The position numbers and the translations under genes are program-made. A DNA stretch of 63,200 nucleotides, the filler included, from Octopus bimaculoides (taxonomy: Eukaryota), in assembly GCF_001194135.2 (NCBI RefSeq). It is 3 parts of 3 records of this genome, joined end to end, with 100 filler letters (N's around TTAATTAATTAA, not from the genome) between each part and the next. Parts side by side here need not be neighbours in the genome. Positions count along the whole stretch, not along the records: positions 1 to 31,371 come from NC_068988.1; positions 31,472 to 59,743 come from NC_068983.1; 1 more part is not named here. One strand, written 5' to 3'. Position 1 is the first letter of the stretch, and every line of letters starts with the position of its first letter. Shown piece by piece: positions 25,480 through 37,492 of this stretch. Under the pieces are notes generated by a model. It saw only the letters and a list, made by a program, of their open reading frames with translations, had not been told where the DNA came from and did not search any database.

Positions 25480-25552
25480 CATCTATGGTTGGATTTGAGC
25501 CTATGGCGCCTGGATTAGAAGTCTAGCACGCTGTCCGCTATGGCAAAGGAAC
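25480..25552 (-). pseudogene. Degenerate tRNA-Arg(TCT)-like sequence (73 nt)
   Basis: GTTCCTTTGCCATAGCGGACAGCGTGCTAGACTTCTAATCCAGGCGCCATAGGCTCAAATCCAACCATAGATG. Anticodon arm CTAGA-CTTCTAA-TCCAG (one mismatch), T-loop GCTCAAAT. Acceptor and D stems do not pair well. Confidence 0.55.
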
Positions 25553-26139
25553 AATTAGAGCAAATTTATATGCATAAAAATGTTATGTTGCCCTTCACAC
25601 ACACACATACACACACTTCTTCGCCATTCACACCACGAAAAAATCTGTTAAATCCACTTCTCACTTAGTTTATGAGGTGACAAATGTTTTTTCTCGTACA
25701 ACTAGAAACTGGTGACCGATGTACTTTCAACACAAAATTATGACAACTCAAGAAATAAAATGAAAATTAATTAAATAGCTACTGTATTTTTCAATGTCGT
25801 CAATGGCACATTCACCATGTATTTGCTTATTCTTTTATTATTTATTATTTTTGTATGTATTTATCTACACACACACACGCACGCACACGCAACCATATAA
25901 AGTGTACTCTTTCACACTCCTACACACACTCTCTCACTCACACATACACACACAATACCAGCAATCACCTCCTCTTATGCTAATTTCTATACAAGGATAG
26001 CCCCCTATATATGTTCAGAGCACCTAACTTGTTCCAACCTTCCTAACACCTCACATAGAACCGCATTTCCACATAGCCCTTAAATTACTTTATTTCATTT
26101 ATCTTTTTTCTCTGACCTCCTTTCTTCACTTTTTATTTT

Positions 26140-26222
26140 TGATATTTCTTCCGGATCAAGAATTAACGCCCGAAACGTCAATATTATTTAAATGCCTTTC
26201 CAGCGTTAAACTACTACGACAT
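26140..26222 (+). ncRNA. Decayed minimal hammerhead-like motif in short repeat
   Basis: ...CCGGATCAAGAATTAACGCCCGAAACGTCAATATT...CCAGCGTTAAACTACTAC. GAAACGTC is intact, the CUGAUGA word is mutated, and the tail is shared with the 41697 copy. Confidence 0.3.
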
Positions 26223-26385
26223 TTTTAAAAACCTCTCACCTCCGTGTAGTCTTTTTTGTTGCTCGTTGTTCTTATACACACACACACGCACATATATATA
26301 TATACACGCATATACATACTTACACACTTATATACATACATATATATTATATATTATATATATACACAACACAATACTTACACAA

Positions 26386-26775
26386 TGTTGGCATGTTAGC
26401 ACTCTGTCGCTTACGACATCGAGGGTTCCAGCTGATCCAATCAACGCAACGGCCTGCTCGTGAAATTAACGTGCAAGTGGCTGAGCACTCCACAGACACG
26501 TGTACCCATAACGTAGTTCTCGGGGGATATTCAGCGTGACACAGTGTGACAAGGTTGACCCTTTGAATTACAGGCACAACAGAAACAGGAAGTAAGAGTA
26601 AGAGAAAGTTGTGGTGAAAGAGTACAGCAGGGTTTGCCACCATCCCCTGCCGGAGCCTCGTGGAGCTTTAGTTGTTTTCGCTCAATAAACACTCACAACG
26701 CCCGGTCTGGGAATCGAAACCGCGATCCTACGACCGCGAGTCCGCTGCCTTAATCACTGAGCCATTGCGCCACTC
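26386..26775 (-). mobile_element. tRNA-derived SINE type C, full length
   Basis: Minus strand GGCGCAATGGCTCAGTGATTAAGGCAGCGGACTCGCGGTCGTAGGATCGCGGTTTCGATTCCCAGACCGGG...GGAACCCTCGATGTCGTAAGCGACAGAGTGC; highly similar to 40206-40590. Confidence 0.9.
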
Positions 26776-27329
26776 ACACAACACACGCTGCACAAAATAC
26801 ACGCAGGTAAATTTAGCAAGATCGCGGCCCCGGAGTTTTTAGAGATATTTTGACATGTGTAACTAGACTGCTTCCGGATCTTGTGGAGAACTTCGTCTCA
26901 CAGCTGAAAATTCTATTCCCAAATAGACCTTAAATCTTCAGTTAAGCTTTCTTTTTAATGAAGATGATGAGATAAAGTAAATTTTAAAGTAGTGGTTATT
27001 TTGCTTTGTAGAAAAATATAGTTCTGATAAAATATGAACAGATTAGACAACTTTTGACGTAGGATATAAAATATATTATTCTATCCATATTATCAGTAAA
27101 ATTTATACCAAATCTGTAATCTGGTAAAATATAAAAGAAAAGTCTATTGAAAGATACTGAGATGTATATATCTTGCAGATTTTCATAAATATTCAATTCT
27201 GACCTTTACTAACTTAGCATAATGATAGGTTAGGGGAAGTTAAGCAAGGTTAGTTGTGTTTATTTATATATATCAAAAAGTTCAATTGCAAAATATATTT
27301 CTGTATATTTATAGCTGCGGTAAAATCAA

Positions 27330-28050
27330 TTCTTTCTATGTTTGGCAAAATTTAGCAATTATCGAGAGGAGTTGATTAAATCGACCCCAGTACGTGAATG
27401 GTTTTCTTTTTTTATCAACCCCAAAAGGATGAAAGGAAAAATTGAACTACAGCGGGATTTGAACACAATGCATCAAGTGTCCTAAGAATTGCTAAAAACT
27501 ATTTTGTCTCACCTGCTATCGACTCTGCCAGTAAACCACCTTAGCAAACCGCGTTAGGATCCGTTCTATTATAAGCGCAAGGCCTGAGATTTTGTGAGAG
27601 GGGGATAGTCGATTACACAGATCCCGGTGCGTAACTCGTATTTGTATGATCTACTAACATCTGAGATAAATAACGGTTTAAGATTTTGGCACAAAGCCAG
27701 CAATTTCAAGTGAGGAAGTAAATCGATTAAATCTTTCTCCGTGAGAAAGTTGAAAGTCGACCTCGTCGGAATTTGAACTCAGGTCGTAAAGACAGATGAA
27801 ATACCGCTAAGAATTTTACACGGCGTGCTAAAGATTGTGCCAGCTCGCCGCCTTAGCGGCACTAATAATCCTTTCTATCATAAGCACAAGGCCTGAAATT
27901 TTGGGGGAGGGGTTAAGTCGATTACATCGACTCCCAGTTTTCAACTGGGTCTTATTTTATCAACTCCGTAAGTATGAAAGGCAAAGTCGACTTCGGCGGA
28001 ATTTGAATTCTGAAAAGGACGGACGAAATACCACAAAGCATTCGTTCCAT
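27330..28050 (-). mobile_element. Cluster of about four SINE type B copies/fragments, same orientation
   Basis: Repeated GATGAAAGG/GAAAGTCGAC...GGAATTTGAA...CCGCTAAG and TTCTATTATAAGC(G/A)CAAGGCCTGA tails at about 27330-27545, 27563-27640, 27673-27856 and 27866-28050. Confidence 0.75.
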
Positions 28051-28914
28051 GCTATTTAGTATCTCAGATTTTGTGGATGCGCAGATCTGCAAGGGTGCGT
28101 GATGTTATTCTCTTTTTTTTTTACGAAGGTCAAATTTTGCTTAGTCTTTTAGGAAAGATACGGAGAAATCGGACAAGTTTAGCACGACTTACATTGTTAG
28201 ATGTTCTATGATAATTTAGTAAGTATTAAACTCACGTGTATTTTTGTGGCTTAGTCTCTGTAATCGGTGTACAAGAACGTCGTCCACATTTCTCTAGGAG
28301 AGCGTGATGTTTCAATCTGTGTACAGTACTTAAGGCTGTAAATTTTCCAGTGACAGGGTGACTTGGGCAGCATTCATAGGAGGGTGAATTGGCTGGAATT
28401 CCGTCCTGGAGTTTGGAGAGTCAAGGTTGTGACCACGAATATCTCACGAAGGCTTCCTAAAAAAGAAACATACACAGAAGCAATTACATTCACAACTACA
28501 CTCCATTACACTATTTTGCAAATGTTAGCGAGGATCTCACTCCTTACGTGGAATTTCCCTATGAAATAGATAGGTAATTTCACCATGTAANNNNNNNNNN
28601 NNNNNNNNNNNNNNNNNNNNNNNNNNNNNNNNNNNNNNNNNNNNNNNNNNNNNNNNNNNNNNNNNNNNNNNNNNNNNNNNNNNNNNNNNNNNNNNNNNNN
28701 AAAATCATTTCTCTCCTGTACGTAGGATTGAAATTTAAATCAATTACACGAATGAAATTATTCGAATTATGTCCGACTTAAGGGCCCGCATCCTTTAGAA
28801 GACGTTAACGTTGATCCTTTAATTTCAAATACCAATTTTCTATTCATCACAAAACAAAAGGAAGGAATGGCTGATAAAGCCGAATTATAATGAATAAAAG
28901 ATCTTAATATAGAA

Positions 28915-29218
28915 CATCACGGCTGGACACCCCGTCGGTTACAACGACGCGCGTTCCAGTTGTTTCGATCAACGGAAGAGCATGCCGGTGACTGATCACT
29001 CCACAGACACGCGTACCTTTAACGTAGTTCTCAGGGAGATTCACCGTGACACACCGAATGTAACAAAGCAGGTCTATTGAACTATTGTTACAACACATTT
29101 TTGCCAGCAACGTGAAACAAAGTGTCTTCCCCAAGGAAACAACTCGCCGCTGGGGATCGACACACGACCTTATGATCGTGAGCCGAATACATCAACCACT
29201 AGGCCATCCGCCTTCACT
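28915..29218 (-). mobile_element. SINE type D (tRNA head + CORE-like middle + type C tail)
   Basis: Minus strand GGCGGATGGCCTAGTGGTTG...GTCGATCCCC...TTGGGGAAGACACTTTGTTTCACGTTGCT...GTGAATCTCCCTGAGAACTACGTTAAAGGTACGCGTGTCTGTGGAGTG...GTCGTTGTAACCGACGG. Confidence 0.8.
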
Positions 29219-29275
29219 GTAGAGAAAACCTTCGAATTTATGTTTTTCTATTTATACATGCATACATACATACAT

Positions 29276-29593
29276 ATACTCTTTTACTCTTTTACTTGTT
29301 TCAGTCATTTGACTGAGGCCATGCTGGAGCACCGCTTTAGTCGACGAAGTCGACCCCGGGATTTATTCTTTGTAAGCCTAGTATTTATTTTATCGGGCAC
29401 TTTTGCCGAACCGCTAAGTTACGGGGACGTAAACACACCAGCTTTGGTCGGCCTGAGGCTATAGTAGAAGACATTTGCCCAAGGTGCCACGCAGTGGGAC
29501 TGAACCCGGAACCATGCTGTTCGTAAGCAAGCTACTTACCACACTCACCACTCCTACGCCTATACTTACCACTCAGCCACTCCTACGCCTATA
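29276..29593 (-). mobile_element. SINE type A with internal deletion and duplicated 5' terminus
   Basis: Junction ACACCAGC|TTTGGTCGG removes the microsatellite-bearing middle. About 30-bp tandem duplication TACTTACC...CCACTCCTACGCCTA at 29533-29593. Confidence 0.85.
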
Positions 29594-31371
29594 TACATAC
29601 ATATATATACATAATGCATACATGGATTATGAATTCTCAATTGGACCTGTCGTCGTAGGCGCATTACATTATGTACCAACAAATTTGCACAAAAACCTAG
29701 AAATACTCGGTTTCATGGAAAGAATAAGACGAAAAGAAACTGACACAGATTCTCCAAAGTCGATTTATTAGTGGCAGAGTGAAGGTTTGTAATACATTCC
29801 AAAAATTCTTCATGTGAGATCCTTATGTAAATCGATGCACACACTTGGGCGTATGCATTTATAGTTCAACCAATACATCAACACAGTCACATATCTACAA
29901 ACACTGGGAACTCTCCTAACTCAAAAAGTCTTGTTGCTTTGTTAGCGACAGGCTTGAACTCTCTAAAGATCGTAAACTAAACATACATACATACATTACA
30001 TACATTATATAGCAGTTTGCAATGTTTCACCATAAAGGAAAACTATACTCGTCACTAAATGTGACTAGGATGTTAGAAACACCTTCATTGCTAGAAATAA
30101 GTGCTAAAATGTCTTGACGCTGTAGTCAGAGCACATAATTGTATACATGTACAGTGACAGGGAGTGTAATCGTCCGAAAACACCGTTACGGGAACTTCTG
30201 ATACTGACAGACAGTTTCAGCAATTTCCGTTGACACATCATGAGGGACTGGCTCGACTTTGGCAGACTCTGAACTTAATTTTCTATCAGTATATACATAC
30301 ATATATACATTTTATATATATACATATATACATGTGGGTGTGTTCATGTGCGTATATATGAATATGTATATATGCATATACCCTCTGTCTTAGCTCGGAG
30401 TTAACCCAGATCTTGTAAGTGACACTGAATGGACAGAGAATGTACCTATAACCTCAAGACTCGGCCTGGTCACGATCTGTATTTGGAATATTCCACCAAT
30501 TACAGGCTAACTCAATGAACAAGCATTTCGGTTGATTGAACAACCGCACCATCATCGGTGAAAGGGACGGAGATCCATTCACTGTGCATACATACATATA
30601 GAGAGTGTTATAATATTTCATAGGCAGCATAAAAAGCTAATAAATTGCTGTAAGGAATAAACAATATTACACAATATCTGCAAATATTTTCGCTTTTTTT
30701 TCTAGCAAGTAGCGGAGAAAATTCCTGACATGTTTGATAAAAATGCTCACAAATTCTGTGGTGTAGCTAGCCTCAGGTGTATGTGTGTGTGTATATANNN
30801 NNNNNNNNNNNNNNNNNNNNNNNNNNNNNNNNNNNNNNNNNNNNNNNNNNNNNNNNNNNNNNNNATATATACATACTTCTACACACACATATATATACGT
30901 ATATACATACATATGTACATGCATGTATATGTGTGTGTACGTATATATCAGTATATATGGGTATTTACAGATGTTTATAACTATATATATATATATATAT
31001 ATATATGCACGTACATATTTATCAATGTGTGTCTGATGCATACGCACACACAAACGCATGTACGCGCTTTTACATGCACAGACACACACACACGTATATA
31101 TATCATTATATGTATATATTATTAAAAATATATTAACGCTAAATGTATTAACACAATCTTCACTATTGTTTTTCATACGTAGGGCGTTATCCGTATATTT
31201 CATTTCTAAACATTTCTGTTTTCCTTCTCCGATATTTCTAAGCTCTTTCACTTTCTCTCTCCCTATCCACTCTCTCTCTCTTTTTCTCTATTTTCTCTCT
31301 TTTCTCTCTCTCTCACTCTCACCGTTTTGCTATATCTCATTCGTTGAATATACATGCAAACGCATATATAT

Positions 31372-31471
31372 NNNNNNNNNNNNNNNNNNNNNNNNNNNNN
31401 NNNNNNNNNNNNNNNTTAATTAATTAANNNNNNNNNNNNNNNNNNNNNNNNNNNNNNNNNNNNNNNNNNNN
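31372..31471. other. Artificial contig-join spacer N44-TTAATTAATTAA-N44
   Basis: Exactly 44 N + 12-nt palindrome with stops in all six frames + 44 N = 100 nt; identical construct at 59744-59843. Confidence 0.9.
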
Positions 31472-31515
<44 letters not shown>

Positions 31516-32727
31516 GCATATTTGTGTGTGTGCTTGTTCTTGTGTGTTGTAGTTGTTATTCTTGAGAAAATGGCCGTCTTATATCCTGTCTTTCTTAATA
31601 CCTCAATCAAGCTGTATTTCATTCATCTCACGCAACTCGGATAAATACAGTCAATTGCTTGGAATTTTGTCATCAGATGTATCCTTCAATTTATCATTAG
31701 ATTCTATTGACACCAAAGGAGGGATAAAGGTAATGGCATCGTTCATCCATTTTCGAAAGGTATTAGAATGATAAGTAAAATGTGATAGCAATAACAGGGA
31801 ATCAAAATTATTTCGCTGATTGTAGTCGCCTTGAGGTTATATATTATTTATCCAAAACTCGTTAGTACTTAACAGCAATATTTTAGTATTTTCGCTATTT
31901 CAAGTCTATCAATTGAAGATATCTCGTAGAACTAGCATTTGAAATATCCTGCATTCTTCACGTAACGAGTTCAATTCCTATTTATGTCGAGAAAAACAAA
32001 TACTTTATCAAAGTTAATCGTCATTTCATGGCTGAAATACAAATATGTATGTCATCTTTTTCCTATCAAATTATCAATCATTGTCATATTTTCAATAATT
32101 ACTGAGCGACAATATCGACCAGTGTTGAGGAAACGTTTCCATGCTATACGTACGGCACACGCACACGCATGAACACACAGACTCTCAGGCACGCACACAC
32201 ACATACACGTACGCCCGCGCGACTGCGTGCACACACACACACACACACACACAAACACAGACCCACACACAATTCCACCTACACATTTGTACGTATAAAT
32301 ATATATTGTTTATATATATTGTTTATATATATATATATATATATANNNNNNNNNNNNNNNNNNNNNNNNNNNNNNNNNNNNNNNNNNNNNNNNNNNNNNN
32401 NNNNNNNNNNNNNNNNNNNNNNNNNNNNNNNNNNNNNNNNNNNNNNNNNNNNNNNNNNNNNNNNNNNNNNNNNNNNNNNNNNNNNNNNNNNNNNNNNNNN
32501 NNNNNNNNNNNNNNNNNNNNNNNNNNNNNNNNNNNNNNNNNNNNNNNNNNNNNNNNNNNNNNNNNNNNNNNNNNNNNNNNNNNNNNNNNNNNNNNNNNNN
32601 NNNNNNNNNNNNNNNNNNNNNNNNNNNNNNNNNNNNNNNNNNNNNNNNNNNNNNNNNNNNNNNNNNNNNNNNNNNNNNNNTATGTGCATGTGTATCTATG
32701 AATGTGTAGTTGAAGAGCGTACATACG

Positions 32728-32780
<53 letters not shown>

Positions 32781-33087
32781 GTGCATGCGTAATTATAGTG
32801 CAATATGTGGATTCATAGAATCTTGTGGCAATCACAGAAAGTATTTCTTGTAGACCCGGCTATCATACTACATGCTAATTCAACACGGACGATTACAATG
32901 CAGAGTTCTACGCAGCTGAAGTCCAGAAGACCCAGCCATTGAAATTATTTATTGAGCAGTATATAGATCATAGAATATCAGGCGCAATGAGAAGTGAATA
33001 TATTTATTTAACCGCTTGATATCCGTAGTGCATATAATTATAACTATATACACTAAAATTATGAAATATACATTGAAATTATTATTA

Positions 33088-33114
33088 CATGATGAAGGCT
33101 GCGAAACGGCCGTA
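33088..33114 (+). ncRNA. Minimal hammerhead-like motif with palindromic helix III
   Basis: CATGATGA-AGGCTGC-GAAA-CGGCCG-TA. ACGGCCGT is a perfect palindrome and the putative cleavage triplet is GUA. Helix I pairing is not evident. Confidence 0.4.
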
Positions 33115-33866
33115 ATCCTATTAATATCAAGTGGTTGTGTAAATATATTCATCTCTCATGCCTCTTGACTTTTTATGGTGAGATGTGTGTGTGTTTGTGT
33201 GTGACTGAATGCGCGCGCGTGTGTGTGTGTGTGTGTGTGTTTGTGTGTGAACGTGTGCGTGTGTGTCTCTGTGTGTGAACGTGTGCGTGCGTACGTGTGT
33301 ATGTGTGTTTAAGCATGCTATAACTTCGACAGAAATAATGTCTCAGCTTCTGTCTATAATTCTGGAGTTATAATTTTATGCCGAAATTGAGTCGTTTATA
33401 GTTTTCTTCATGTCTGCATTTCTGTTGGGATTACCTCACTGTCTATCTTACTTGTCTCTTCTACAGTTGTAACAACATCTTCTTTTCTGATCCAGTAGAC
33501 TACACCTGCCCGAATCCCTCCGATACTTGTACATCTCCTCTTTTGATTGCTATCGTTTTGTCTGTAGTCCCTTCAACTTATTTATCAAAAAGAACTGCAT
33601 CATTCTGGATCGCTCACTTTTCTCATATTTCCAAACAGCCAGCGATAAGCCATCAACTTGAATCTCGTCCTCATCACTTCATTAGCGCAGAATATTAAAG
33701 GAGTCCAAAAGCCACGATGATTTGGCAAAAAACCTAGAGCAACTGAGAAAATGCCCGACGTAGTTCAAACCCCGCTCAAATATACATTAGTTTTTCTTTC
33801 TTCAAGGGTGGATAAAATGAAATACAATTCAATTGCTACAGACAGTCTAACCGACCGTTCCCAAAC

Positions 33867-33938
<72 letters not shown>

Positions 33939-33942
<4 letters not shown>

Positions 33943-34035
33943 CGGGCTTCTTTCAGTTTCCGTCTACCAAATCCACTCACAAAAACTTCTTGCCCACGTT
34001 TGGGAAGCAAACATCTTTCCACACAGCCAGGCCAG
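33939..34035 (-). mobile_element. SINE type A head, internally deleted, next to (CA)n
   Basis: CGGGCTTCTTTCAGTTTCCGTCTACCAAATCCACTCACAA...TTGGGAAGCAAACATCTTTCCACACAGCCA. Confidence 0.75.
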
Positions 34036-34236
34036 CGACTGTCAATGATATAGTCAATAAAAAACAAATAAAATTTAAAAGATTACATTTTTTTTTCTGT
34101 GCGGTACGGTACTAAATGATCCATGACCCGATACTGGTCTACGACACGGTAATTGGAGACACCTGCATTAAATAGGATGAGTACAAATGACGAGGGACTT
34201 TTAGTTTTTGCGCAACATCTGATTCTCAATGTCGAT

Positions 34237-34575
34237 AGGTAAAAAGGTAAAGACCCCCTTCGATCATGAATGACCATAGAATTGCACTTAAAAAGTTACT
34301 CTCTGAGGCACCAGTCCGGACAAGGTTGTTTATGAAAGACCAGCAGTCGCCCATGCATACTAAACTCCCTCCTCCACACCAGCGATGTTATCCAAAGGTA
34401 AGGCATTTGCCGATACAGCTTGGCACCAGTAACGTCGCAACTCATTTCTACAAACTGATGCAATGTGAAATAAAGTGTCTTGTTCAAGAACACAGCACAC
34501 AAACCGGGCTGGGAATTGAACTTACTACTTCCTGTTGGTGAACCCGAAGCTCTAACCGCTGATCCATGCGCCTTT
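34237..34575 (-). mobile_element. SINE type E (tRNA head + CORE-like middle + TTTACC-repeat tail)
   Basis: Minus strand GGCGCATGGATCAGCGGTTAGAGC...AAGTTCAATTCCC...TTCTTGAACAAGACACTTTATTTCACATTGC...CATTCATGATCGAAGGGGGTCTTTACCTTTTTACC. Confidence 0.75.
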
Positions 34576-34799
34576 ATTTACTGTCGATTGGTTTCTCCCT
34601 GATGTTTATTTATAAGCTTTCACTTATGCACACGCACACCCACATCTACACAAACGCTAATACGGCTATATACCTTTACGTCTATATACGCCCGTGCGCG
34701 TGAACATACACATCCGTGCACATGCACTTATGTATTTATATACCCGTACTTTATTCTCATCCAGTTTCTTGTATTCACATCAACGTCATACACATGTAG

Positions 34800-34960
34800 G
34801 TGCTGACGTAGCTGTGTAGTAAGAAGTTTGCTTTTCAACCACATGGTTCCGGGTTCAGTTCCACTGCGTGGCACGTTGGGTAAGAGTCTTCTACTATAGC
34901 CTCGGGCCGACCAAAGCTTTAAGAGTGGATTTGGTAGACGGAAGCTGAAAGAAACCCGTC

Positions 34961-34992
<32 letters not shown>

Positions 34993-36020
34993 NNNNNNNN
35001 NNNNNNNNNNNNNNNNNNNNNNNNNNNNNNNNNNNNNNNNNNNNNNNNNNNNNNNNNNNNNNNNNNNNNNNNNNNNNNNNNNNNNNNNNNNNNNNNNNNN
35101 NNNNNNNNNNNNNNNNNNNNNNNNNNNNNNNNNNNNNNNNNNNNNNNNNNNNNNNNNNNNNNNNNNNNNNNNNNNNNNNNNNNNNNNNNNNNNNNNNNNN
35201 NNNNNNNNNNNNNNNNNNNNNNNNNNNNNNNNNNNNNNNNNNNNNNNNNNNNNNNNNNNNNNNNNNNNNNNNNNNNNNNNNNNNNNNNNNNNNNNNNNNN
35301 NNNNNNNNNNNNNNNNNNNNNNNNNNNNNNNNNNNNNNNNNNNNNNNNNNNNNNNNNNNNNNNNNNNNNNNNNNNNNNNNNNNNNNNNNNNNNNNNNNNN
35401 NNNNNNNNNNNNNNNNNNNNNNNNNNNNNNNNNNNNNNNNNNNNNNNNNNNNNNNNNNNNNNNNNNNNNNNNNNNNNNNNNNNNNNNNNNNNNNNNNNNN
35501 NNNNNNNNNNNNNNNNNNNNNNNNNNNNNNNNNNNNNNNNNNNNNNNNNNNNNNNNNNNNNNNNNNNNNNNNNNNNNNNNNNNNNNNNNNNNNNNNNNNN
35601 NNNNNNNNNNNNNNNNNNNNNNNNNNNNNNNNNNNNNNNNNNNNNNNNNNNNNNNNNNNNNNNNNNNNNNNNNNNNNNNNNNNNNNNNNNNNNNNNNNNN
35701 NNNNNNNNNNNNNNNNNNNNNNNNNNNNNNNNNNNNNNNNNNNNNNNATGTATATATATATAAGTCCGTCGTATATATATATATATATATATATAGATAT
35801 ATTTGTATGTGTGTATGTATATATGTTTGTATGTCTATGTTTGACAACCGACGCTGGTGTGTTTATGTCCCCGTAACCTAGCGGTTCGGCAAAAGAGTCC
35901 GATAGAATAAGTACTAGGCATCCAAAGAATAAGTCCTGGGATCGATTTGCTCGACTAAAGGCGGTGCTCCAGCATGGCCGCAGTCAAATGACTGAAACAA
36001 GTAAAAGAGTAAAAGAGAGA
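34800..36020 (+). mobile_element. SINE type A split by a 755-N gap at its internal (TA)n
   Basis: Head 34800-34962 (GTAGCTGTGTAGTAAG...GGTTCCGGGTTCAGTTCC...GAAACCCGTCG), tail 35840-36020 (GCTGGTGTGTTTATGTCCCCG...GAAACAAGTAAAAGAGTAAAAGAG). Confidence 0.8.
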
Positions 36021-37492
36021 GTACATATATATGAATGTGTATCTTGCGTATGGCGTTTGAGTGTGCTGTATGTATGTGTATGTCCGTGTATGCAAGCGTA
36101 TGTGTGTGTTAATTTTTATCGAGATTCAAACTACTTTCCTAATATAAATCTACATTGAAGTTATAGCTATGGGCGTATAAATATTTGCATACACAAACAC
36201 ATACACACACGAAGTAAGATGCATATAATATGTATATGTGTGTGTGAGTGTGTGTGAGTGCGTGTGAGTGTGCATGCGTGCGTCTGTATTTGTATGTATG
36301 TGTATGCTTCTGTATATACATATACGTATAAACACATATGCCTAAAATTAGAAATGGTCTCACAAACATGCACATAAATCTATACGTGTGTATTTAGGTG
36401 TGGATACGCTTGTATGTGCGCGTTCGTGTGTGGGCGTGTGGCTGTATGCATGTTTTCGCATGTATGTGTATTTTTCAAAAGCCGTCAATTTCTATTAAAT
36501 TTGAAGATGATTTGATAAGAAACGCATAAGAAAGGAAGCCTAAAGGCAGACTTTCAGTTCAAGTTTTAACCGCTACACACTCGTCTAACCTAACAGGGAT
36601 CACCTGCAATTGTTTAACTCGTTAACTTCTTCGCAAAAGCGTGAAACCATTTACAGCAAAGGCCCAATGGAATATCTGTGTGTGTTCTGGAACTAAAATA
36701 GCGATACATACATACATACATAGATACATATATACATACATACATACATACATACATACATACATACATACATACATAAACATATATGTATATATATATA
36801 NNNNNNNNNNNNNNNNNNNNNNNNNNNNNNNNNNNNNNNNNNNNNNNNNNNNNNNNNNNNNNNNNNNNNNNNNNNNNNNNNNNNNNNNNNNNNNNNNNNN
36901 NNNNNNNNNNNNNNNNNNNNNNNNNNNNNNNNNNNNNNNNNNNNNNNNNNNNNNNNNNNNNNNNNNNNNNNNNNNNNNNNNNNNNNNNNNNNNNNNNNNN
37001 NNNNNNNNNNNNNNNNNNNNNNNNNNNNNNNNNNNNNNNNNNNNNNNNNNNNNNNNNNNNNNNNNNNNNNNNNNNNNNNNNNNNNNNNNNNNNNNNNNNN
37101 NNNNNNNNNNNNNNNNNNNNNNNNNNNNNNNNNNNNNNNNNNNNNNNNNNNNNNNNNNNNNNNNNNNNNNNNNNNNNNNNNNNNNNNNNNNNNNNNNNNN
37201 NNNNNNNNNNNNNNNNNNNNNNNNACCACCCCCCCCGACGATGGGCCGTACACTCCAACATAATTACAGTATACATGTATGTTCAAAAAAGGTTTTAATT
37301 CAAAGTTCGTTGCAAAAGTTATCTTTTATTTACACTTTATCCTAAGCCCAACAAAATATTGTCACCTCCTGCCGATGGAGTACGCTCTCCATTTTGCGAA
37401 ACGCAGATCTATAGAGATGGAAGAATTAATGTACGGTCATCAGGAAAGGAGATGTATGAATCTCTAAGAAGCTTAAATTGTACGTTGTTCTA

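Noticed and set aside
26700-26775. SINE heads as functional tRNA genes (also 40206, 1100-1170, 59128)
   Set aside because: They have A/B boxes but no paired acceptor stem and continue into SINE bodies.
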